Below, one piece after another: positions 20,233 to 29,216 of a DNA stretch of 64,000 nt. Position 1 is the stretch's first letter; every line of letters begins with the position of its first letter. The position numbers and the translations under genes are program-made. Source of the stretch: an uncultured delta proteobacterium (lineage in GTDB: Bacteria > Desulfobacterota > Binatia > DP-6); assembly GCA_963815115.1 (NCBI GenBank), contig CAWFFN010000005.1, forward strand, positions 1,632,001 through 1,696,000. The letters are read 5' to 3'. The notes under the pieces were generated by a model. It searched no databases and had not been told where the DNA came from. It saw only the letters and a program-made list of their open reading frames with translations.

Positions 20233-21063
20233 CTATGGCCGCAGATCGAGCCGGAAGCTCGTCCCGATCCCCGGGCAGGCGATCTCGTAGACCCCGGGCT
20301 CGAGGTGCGGCATGGCGAGGGCGCCCGCAGCGTCGGTGCGTGCCGAGTAGATCGAGCGGCCATGCCGCCGCAGGACGACACGCTGTCCGCCGAGCGCGTC
20401 GTCGTTGCTTCCCAGCAGCGTGAGAGTGAGACCGACGGCCTCGCCCTCGGCGACGACGGTGGCGCGGATCTGCGCCTCCGGGGCGAGGATGCGGAAGCTG
20501 ATCGCGTCCGTGCGGTCTCCCGTTCGACGCGCGACGGCTGCGCGGGCGACCTCTTCGACCCCGACCACCGGCGCCACGACGTGGCGTTCCAGGAGCACCA
20601 GCCCCGCGCGTGCGACCCGGATCGCCAGCGTGGTGAGGGACTCCTCGGCCGGTGGCGCGGGCCAGCGCGAGGCCACGCGGGCCTGGAGGGTGGCCGGGAC
20701 GGCCAGCGCGGGTCCCGCATCCAGCTTCGTCATCAAGCGGGCTGCCCCGATCGCCTCCTCGAGGCAGACGTCGCAGCCCGCGAGGTGACCGTCGATGGGG
20801 CGCATCTCGTCGGGAGGCAGGGCGCGTGCAGCCCATCCCGCCAGGCGGTCGGGCGCGAGACAGTCCGCGCCCGGTGCCCCGGTCGATACCCGCGGGCGCG
20901 CCGCCATCGCCGCGCGGCCGGCCGCCGTCGCCCGCTCGAGCCGCTCGAGCCAGGCCTGGCACGTATCGCAGGTGTCCACGTGAGGCCGGATCGACGCCGC
21001 CTCGGTGGCGGCCAGCTCCCCGTCGAGCAGCTGGGAGAGGAGCATGAGATCGGGGCAGCTCAC
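20233..21063 (-). CDS. Cytoplasmic zinc-finger (zf-HC2/ZAS) anti-sigma-like protein with two HxxxCxxC motifs and a C-terminal beta-sandwich domain
   Basis: CPD...HVDTCDTC and CLAPD...HLAGCDVC. The GTG start overlaps the sigma-factor stop. No TM helix. Confidence 0.75.
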   Translation of the reverse strand: MSCPDLMLLSQLLDGELAATEAASIRPHVDTCDTCQAWLERLERATAAGRAAMAARPRVSTGAPGADCLAPDRLAGWAARALPPDEMRPIDGHLAGCDVCLEEAIGAARLMTKLDAGPALAVPATLQARVASRWPAPPAEESLTTLAIRVARAGLVLLERHVVAPVVGVEEVARAAVARRTGDRTDAISFRILAPEAQIRATVVAEGEAVGLTLTLLGSNDDALGGQRVVLRRHGRSIYSARTDAAGALAMPHLEPGVYEIACPGIGTSFRLDLRP

Positions 21064-21998
21064 GGCTTTGCCTCCGCCGGCTTCCACCGTTGCTCCAGGC
21101 GCTGACGCAGCCGGAAGATACGCGAGCACACGGTACCGACCGGGGAGTTCAGCAGACGCGCAATGTCCTTGTACGGCGTGGTCATCTTGAACTCCCGAAT
21201 CTCGTCGAGGAGCCCCTCACGCTGGCGCATGCGCTTTGCGAGCGCATGTTCGAGATCGCCCCGGCGTTCGACGAGTCGCCGTGCCGTGGCCGAATTGTGG
21301 TTTGACCCTATGAGACGCAATCGCTCGTTCGTTTCTTGCAGCTCGCGCTGGCGAAGCACGATCCACCCCCAAACCGAGTCCAGATCGTCGCGCAGCCGGG
21401 TCAGCTTGACGTCGCGTCCGCGCAGCCCGGCCTCCACCTCGGCGAGGAGCGCGGCGGTGTCCGGGAGGGATCGCCCCGACAGCCGGGAGAGCAGGCGGAT
21501 GTCGTCGGACGTGAGCTGGTACTCCAGCAGCGAGAGGAGCTTCAGATCGAGCTGCTCCTCGGGGTCGAGCGTTGCCCAGACGGTGGCAATCCCGTCGGCG
21601 GCGGGGGCCACAGCGGTCTCCTCGCGGGTCCCGGGATCGGAAGCGGACCCGTCGTCCGCTCCGAGGTGGCGGTCGCTCAGCGAGACCGTATCGAGCTCGC
21701 GGTTTCGCCGCTGCCACTCGAGAAAGAGGCTGCGCAGGACGTAGTAGCCGAGGAAGGTGCGGAACTGGATGCCGTTCCGCCCTTCGAACGTCCGCATGCG
21801 GGTGAATATCCGGTCGCGCTCGAAGACGTAGACGTAGAAATCGACCGCTCGCTCGGTCGGCACGCCGTAGATCTTGACCGGGAAGTTGTAGATGTCCTCG
21901 CCGTAGCGCTCCTGGAACGCGCGGCGCGCCGCGGCATCCGCGTCGGCGCAGGCGCGAACGAGATCGCGGACGTCGTCGGGGTCGATCCGGCGGCGCAT
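21060..21998 (-). CDS. ECF-type sigma-70 factor with a long helical insertion
   Basis: Region 2-like LVRAC..D..A...F..RY...IY...FRTFL and region 4 HTH YKDIARLLNSPVGTVCSRIFRLRQRL. Confidence 0.8.
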   Translation of the reverse strand: MRRRIDPDDVRDLVRACADADAAARRAFQERYGEDIYNFPVKIYGVPTERAVDFYVYVFERDRIFTRMRTFEGRNGIQFRTFLGYYVLRSLFLEWQRRNRELDTVSLSDRHLGADDGSASDPGTREETAVAPAADGIATVWATLDPEEQLDLKLLSLLEYQLTSDDIRLLSRLSGRSLPDTAALLAEVEAGLRGRDVKLTRLRDDLDSVWGWIVLRQRELQETNERLRLIGSNHNSATARRLVERRGDLEHALAKRMRQREGLLDEIREFKMTTPYKDIARLLNSPVGTVCSRIFRLRQRLEQRWKPAEAKP

Positions 21999-22010
21999 GG
22001 CTCCCGAGTA

Positions 22011-22532
22011 TCACGGGGCTCGGCGGGTGTCTGCCGTCTCGGGGAGCGGACCCTCGCGGCCGGCGCGCGCCGCCCGGATGCCCTTGTCGATCGCCGACTG
22101 CATGAAGCGATCGTTGTCCTTCGAGATGAATCGATGGACCCGGCGCTCGAGCAGTGCGCGGAGGATCGGGTTGAAGGCCTCGTACGTCTCGCGGAAGTGG
22201 ACGCGCGTGCGGCCGTCGCCGAGGTCCTCCAGGCGGGTCCAGCCCGTGGCGCGCGACCACAGCGGCTTGCCGATGGCGTCGTAACGCCAGGACTCGCACG
22301 GCCTCACCTCGGTGAGCCACTCCCACGACCGTCCGATCCCGCCGGAGAGGAGATAGCGCGGGACGGGAAAGTGGCAGTGACGGATGCGGCCTTCCCCCGT
22401 GTCGTCACCCCAGTGGAGATACTCGATCCGTACGTCGCCGTGCTGGACGATGCGGTTGCGGTGTCCCCAGAAGAGCGCCCAGATCTCGCGTGGGGTGGCG
22501 GAGACCACGAACGAGAAGGAGTGGTCCTGCAT
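22011..22532 (-). CDS. SRPBCC/polyketide cyclase-like ligand-binding protein
   Basis: F.V.ATPREIWALF...EVRP..SWRY...TRVHFRETY pattern with a C-terminal helix. Confidence 0.65.
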   Translation of the reverse strand: MQDHSFSFVVSATPREIWALFWGHRNRIVQHGDVRIEYLHWGDDTGEGRIRHCHFPVPRYLLSGGIGRSWEWLTEVRPCESWRYDAIGKPLWSRATGWTRLEDLGDGRTRVHFRETYEAFNPILRALLERRVHRFISKDNDRFMQSAIDKGIRAARAGREGPLPETADTRRAP

Positions 22533-22611
22533 CGCCCCCGAGCTTTGAACGGCCGCGCGCATGCTGTCCAGCGCATTGACCCGGCACGCGACGGGCTCCT
22601 AGAAGAGACGG

Positions 22612-24373
<1,762 letters not shown>

Positions 24374-24376
24374 GCC

Positions 24377-25774
24377 ATGACGACGATCTACCGCGACGAC
24401 CAGGGCGACCTCGCCATGCTGCGCGACCGGCGCGTGGCGGTGGTGGGATACGGCAACCAGGGGCGCTCCTGGGCGCTCAACCTGCGTGACTCGGGCTGCG
24501 ACGTCGGCGTGTACGTACGCGACGACGCGACGCGCGGGCGCGCCCTGGCCGACGGCTTCTCGATCGGCGAGGTCGAGGAGGCGAGCGCCGCCCCGGTGGT
24601 CTGCGTGCTGGTGCCCGACGACGTGATCCCGAGGCTGCCGCTGGTCCGCCCCGACGACGGCCTCACCATCGTGGCGAGCGGGTACTCGCTGGCGTTCGGC
24701 GGCTTCGCGCCCGCCGGCGACGTGGGTCTGATCGCGCCGCGCATGCTGGGGCCGGAGGTGCGCCGGTGCTACGTGGAGGGCGGCGGGTTCATCACGGCGC
24801 TCGGCGTGCACGAGGATCGTACCGGGCACGCCCTGGAGCGCGTCCTCGCGGTCGCCAAGGCGATCGGCGGGCTGCGCCAGGGGGCGATCGAGATGACGCC
24901 GCACCAGGAGGCACTCCTCGATCTCGCCGTCGAGCAGGCCCTGTCGCCGATCCTGACGCATGCCAGTGGGGCATTCGTCATGGCGCTCCTCGAGCGCGGC
25001 ATCCCGATCGAAGCCATCCTCACCGAGCTCTATCTGTCGGGCGAGGTCGAGCGGAACTACCGGCTCCTGCGCGAGGAGGGATTCGTGCGCCAGCTCGACT
25101 ACCACTCGCCGACCAGCCAGTACGGCCAGCTGTCGCGGCGCGGCGCGTTCGATCACCTCGACGTGCTGTCGCGCATGCGCGATCTGATGGACGACATCGC
25201 TTCGGGTCGCTTCGCCGCCGAGTGGGACGCCGAGAGCCGGGCCGGCCACCCGCGACTGGCGGAGCTCCGAGCCCTGCACGCCGGTCCGGGAGCGCGGGAG
25301 TTCGAGGACTCGGTGCGCCGGTCGCTCGGCCTGACCGCGGCTGCTCCGTCCGCGCTGCGCGACCGCCGCGAGGCAGTCGTCCGCGAGCACATGGAGTCGG
25401 AGAACCGCCAGGACTTCGCCGCCACCCTCGCGACGTTCGCGCACCCGCGCTACGAGATCGTGCCCACGGACCAGGTGTTCGACGGCGCGGAGGCCGTACG
25501 GCAGTACTACGCGGCGTCACGGGCGGCGTTCCCGGACCAGCGCAACGAGCTGCGCACCCTCCGGCACGCCGACGACGCGGTGATCGTCGAGTTCGATCTG
25601 CTCGGCACGCATCGCGGGACGTTCCTCGGTACACCGCCGACGGGTCGCGACTTCCGCTGCCCGATGGTCGCGCTCTTCGTCTTCGAGAACGGCGGCGATC
25701 GCCTCACCTGCGAGCGGGTCTACTTCGACGCCGCCACCGTCCTGCGCCAGCTCGGTCTCGCCGCCACCCCCTAA
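24377..25774 (+). CDS. Ketol-acid reductoisomerase (IlvC)-like protein fused to a C-terminal SnoaL-like/ester cyclase domain
   Basis: VVGYGNQG...ALNLRDSG, IAPRMLG, EALLDLAVEQ, SPTSQYG. C-terminal HMESEN...AAFPDQRNE...GTHRG...PPTGR...ERVYFD. Confidence 0.8.
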   Translation: MTTIYRDDQGDLAMLRDRRVAVVGYGNQGRSWALNLRDSGCDVGVYVRDDATRGRALADGFSIGEVEEASAAPVVCVLVPDDVIPRLPLVRPDDGLTIVASGYSLAFGGFAPAGDVGLIAPRMLGPEVRRCYVEGGGFITALGVHEDRTGHALERVLAVAKAIGGLRQGAIEMTPHQEALLDLAVEQALSPILTHASGAFVMALLERGIPIEAILTELYLSGEVERNYRLLREEGFVRQLDYHSPTSQYGQLSRRGAFDHLDVLSRMRDLMDDIASGRFAAEWDAESRAGHPRLAELRALHAGPGAREFEDSVRRSLGLTAAAPSALRDRREAVVREHMESENRQDFAATLATFAHPRYEIVPTDQVFDGAEAVRQYYAASRAAFPDQRNELRTLRHADDAVIVEFDLLGTHRGTFLGTPPTGRDFRCPMVALFVFENGGDRLTCERVYFDAATVLRQLGLAATP

Positions 25775-26442
25775 GGAGCGCCTAGGTCGATTCGCTCACT
25801 ACCCCCGGCGTCGCTTGCCAGCGGGTCGAAGAGTCGGGCGCGTCCCACGGTCCGACGCGCGGCTGGTACTGGAGCAGCAGCGTCGTTCCTGATCTTACAT
25901 ATGCCGCCGCTGACGATACAGGAGGCCGACGGCGGAACCACGAGGGGCAAATTCTCCTGGTCGGCAGCCGTGCTCGACTAACTCAGGTGGAAGTGAGTGT
26001 TCGTCCTCGGGAAGGTCTCCGGGCACGTCGGCCGCGACCGCCGTGGACTCCTCTTCCTCGTGCATGATCCCTCCAGTGCGCTTCCGCGCCGCGAGATGCA
26101 GCGTCACCCCGGATACCAGCACAAGGGCGACGCCGGAAGCTCGGGAAACTCCTTGCGTAGTCCTACGCGGGTTGCATCCGTGTCTGCTGGTAACAGCAGA
26201 TGAAGCGCCAGGTTTTGTCGCCTGAGCCGCCGCAGGCCGTCTCGTCATGCGTGTCTTCGGTCGCGAGCCGGCGCTTCAAACTGAGTTCAGTACGTGCTCC
26301 CCGATCGATTTGCATTCCGGTGGCGAAGGCATAGGCTCCCCAGCACTCCCTGCTGCGCTCGCGTACAGGCTCCCCGCGCGTACCTCGAGCGGCGCACACC
26401 GGCGCCCGCTATGGTTCTCGAGCCCATCGATGGAGGCTCGTC

Positions 26443-26646
26443 ATGCTCGAGGGGGCGCAGCGCGTGGAGATCGCGGACGTGGAGGTGATGGACAGCGGCA
26501 GCCTGGTCATGCGCTGCCGGATTGGCGACAGAGTCTTGTGGGTGCCATCCCTGGGGACGCTTCCCGGTACGGAGATCGCGCGCCAGGGAGACAGGGGGCG
26601 GCTCGTCCTTCCGCAAGACCTCGCTGTCGATCTCGGTCTCGCCTAG
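26443..26646 (+). CDS. Small hypothetical protein
   Basis: GGAGG Shine-Dalgarno upstream of the ATG, 67 aa, plausible globular composition. Confidence 0.6.
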   Translation: MLEGAQRVEIADVEVMDSGSLVMRCRIGDRVLWVPSLGTLPGTEIARQGDRGRLVLPQDLAVDLGLA

Positions 26647-26675
26647 CCGTTGGCTAGAGGAGGTGTCGCGCGCCG

Positions 26676-26978
26676 ATGAGCCTCGACCGCAAGCTCGCGC
26701 GCTGGGAAGACGCTGGCCTGATCGACGGCGACACCCGGGCGCGCATCCGGGCGTTCGAGCAATCGGAGCGCGCGCCGGTCGCCCTCTACGCCCTGGGCGT
26801 GCTCGGGGCCGGCACCCTGGCGCTGGGCGTCGTGTCGGTCGTCGCCGCGAACTGGGACGGCATTCCGGGAAGCGTGAAGCTCGGCGGCGACCTGCTGATC
26901 GGCGCGGTGCTCGCGATGTCGACGTACGTCGCCGTCCGGCGTGGCCCTCGTTCGAATGTCATGAGGAACACCTCCTGA
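26676..26978 (+). pseudogene. DUF2157-like membrane protein, N-terminal fragment
   Basis: L.RW..AGLID...RI...VAANW..IP..VKL. It ends after 2 TM helices, whereas this family normally has many. Confidence 0.6.
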
Positions 26979-27051
26979 CCTTGATGGAGTCGGGAGGACC
27001 CGAAAGGTGCCCGCGCCGCGGATCCCGCGACGACGTCTCGTGGGCCGGGGA

Positions 27052-27954
27052 TCAGACGACCCCGGCGCAGCCGAGGTGGCCCATCGGCCGGGCCCGGTAG
27101 CCGTCGGTACGCGTGTCGAGGTAGCGTCGCTGAATCTCGGGGGGATCGAGCTGCTCGATCAGCGTCCATCCCGTTGCCTGCAGGTCGGCCTCCAGGGTGG
27201 TGGGATCGAGACCCGTGATGATCGGCTCGCCGACCGCACGAGCACGCTCCAGCGTCTTCCGACCGCGCTCTGATCCGGCCCCGGAGAGCGCCTGCGGATG
27301 GATGAAGTCGAATATCAGCTCGCTGCCGCTCGCGGCGACCGTTCGCACGGCACGCCACGTGTCGTCGATCGCGACGCGCGTGAGGTACATGGTGACCCCG
27401 AGCCATGAGAAGATCGCCGGTTGCTCGGCGCGGAACGGGAGGCGGCCGAGCGCATCGGCGACGCTCTCGCGCTCGAAATCGACCACCCCGAAGTGAAGGT
27501 TGGGCGGATCCGTGAGACCGGCGGCGGCGAGGCGCGCCCGCTTGAACGCCTGGCTCCGGGGATGGTCCAGCTCGAAGACCTGGACCCGGTCGCGCACGTC
27601 GGCGCGCCGGAAGGCGAAGGTGTCGAGCCCGGCGCCGATCAGAACGTACTGGCTCACCCCGCGGTCCACGGCCATCGCGAGCCGATCCTCGCTGTAGCGA
27701 GCGCGGGCCAGCACGAGCGAAGCGGGGGTGGTCAGGCGCAGCGCGCGCGCCAGCACGGCGTGCGGATCCCCGGGCGGGAGCCCTGCCTCGAGCCCGTCGC
27801 GCGTGCGCCGGTCCTCGAACGCCGCCATCTCGGCCGGGGTCAGCAGCCGGTGTGCGTAGGGGTCGTCCAGAAGCTTCGGCTCGTCGTGCAGATGGTGCTG
27901 CGCCCGGTAGAACGCCGCGGCGAGGGCGGTCTTGCTGTACTGGCCTGTCTGCAT
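27052..27954 (-). CDS. SAM-dependent methyltransferase (LCM/TIGR00027 family)
   Basis: SKTA..AA..RA, DDPYA, QYVLIGAGLDT, VFELDHP and WLGVTMYL motifs. Confidence 0.9.
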   Translation of the reverse strand: MQTGQYSKTALAAAFYRAQHHLHDEPKLLDDPYAHRLLTPAEMAAFEDRRTRDGLEAGLPPGDPHAVLARALRLTTPASLVLARARYSEDRLAMAVDRGVSQYVLIGAGLDTFAFRRADVRDRVQVFELDHPRSQAFKRARLAAAGLTDPPNLHFGVVDFERESVADALGRLPFRAEQPAIFSWLGVTMYLTRVAIDDTWRAVRTVAASGSELIFDFIHPQALSGAGSERGRKTLERARAVGEPIITGLDPTTLEADLQATGWTLIEQLDPPEIQRRYLDTRTDGYRARPMGHLGCAGVV

Positions 27955-28060
27955 GGGGGAGAAACCCTATCCTCCCGTGCACGCCGTCGCGACCGGTGGC
28001 CCGAAGGACCGCGCTCACGGCTCGCGTCCTCCCGCGGTTTATCGTAGTCGGCGAGACCAG

Positions 28061-29215
28061 ATGGGCCGACGGGTCCTGCTCGTGCAGCTGTCGCTGCAAC
28101 CGCCGGGAGGTGGCAACGGCGTCGCTGCGTGGTTTCTCCAGGCGCTCGCGCGCGAGCATCGGGTGACCGTCCTCTCGTGGTGGCCAGTCGACGTCGCGCC
28201 CATCGACCGGTTCTTCGGCACCAGCCTGCGCGAGGTCGGGTTCGACACCCTCGGCCCGCCGCCCGCCTGGGTGACGATGCTGGACCGCCTCCCGATTCCG
28301 GCGAGTCTCCTCAGAAACGCGCTCCTCATGCGGTTCACCCGGCGGGTGAGCTCGCGCTACGAGGTCGTGCTGGGCGTGCACAACGAGGCCGACTTCGGCC
28401 GGCGCGGCATCCAGTACGTGCACTACCCGACCTACCTGCGCCCACGCCCGCGCGTCGACATGCGCTGGTACCACCAGTCGCGGCGCCTGCTGGACGGCTA
28501 CTACCGGCTCGCGGATCGGGCGGCCGGCCTGTCGTTCGACCGGGTGCGCTCGAATCTCACGCTCGCCAACTCCGACTGGACCGCGCGGCACGTGGAGCGG
28601 CTGCTCGGCGTGCCGGCACGCACCGTCTACCCACCCGTGGCCGATCCCGACCCGCCACCGCCATGGGAAGAGCGCGCGCGCCGCTTCCTCCTCGTCGGTC
28701 GCATCTCTCCGGAGAAGGAGATCGAGCGCGCGATGCGGATCGTTGCCCGCGTGCGGCGCCAGGCTCCGGGCGTCGAGCTGACGATCGTGGGCACCTGCGA
28801 CGCCCGGGCGCGGCGCTATCATCGCAGGCTCACCCGCCTCGCCGCGTCGCTCGGTCCGTGGATCACGTTCCGCGAGAACCCGTCACGGGAAGCGCTGCGT
28901 GCGCTGATGGCCTCGTCGCGCTACGGCATCCACGGCATGCGAGAGGAGCACTTCGGCATGGCGCCGGCCGAGCTCGTGCGGGCGGGGGCGCTCGTCTGGC
29001 TCGGACGCGGCGGCGGCCAGGTCGAGATCGTCGGCGGCGAGGACGCGCTCCTGTACGACACCGAGGAGGAGGCGGCCGAGAAGATCACCACCGTGCTGGC
29101 GAACCCGGCGGAGGAGCGGCGGCTGCGCGAGCATCTCCGTGCGCGCGCGGAGCGGTTCGCCCCGGCCCGCTTCGTCGACGAGGTGCGCGAGATCGTGGCG
29201 GCCTTCGAGACCTGA
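28061..29215 (+). CDS. GT4 glycosyltransferase
   Basis: YVHYP, ANSDWT, VYPPV, GRISPEK and EEHFGMAPAE motifs. Confidence 0.85.
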   Translation: MGRRVLLVQLSLQPPGGGNGVAAWFLQALAREHRVTVLSWWPVDVAPIDRFFGTSLREVGFDTLGPPPAWVTMLDRLPIPASLLRNALLMRFTRRVSSRYEVVLGVHNEADFGRRGIQYVHYPTYLRPRPRVDMRWYHQSRRLLDGYYRLADRAAGLSFDRVRSNLTLANSDWTARHVERLLGVPARTVYPPVADPDPPPPWEERARRFLLVGRISPEKEIERAMRIVARVRRQAPGVELTIVGTCDARARRYHRRLTRLAASLGPWITFRENPSREALRALMASSRYGIHGMREEHFGMAPAELVRAGALVWLGRGGGQVEIVGGEDALLYDTEEEAAEKITTVLANPAEERRLREHLRARAERFAPARFVDEVREIVAAFET

Positions 29216-29216
29216 C

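Noticed and set aside
25780-26440. Possible ncRNA, tRNA or mobile element in a lower-GC gap, and the small ORF at 25895-26085
   Set aside because: No tRNA cloverleaf, terminal inverted repeats or transposase motifs recognised. The ORFs lack support.
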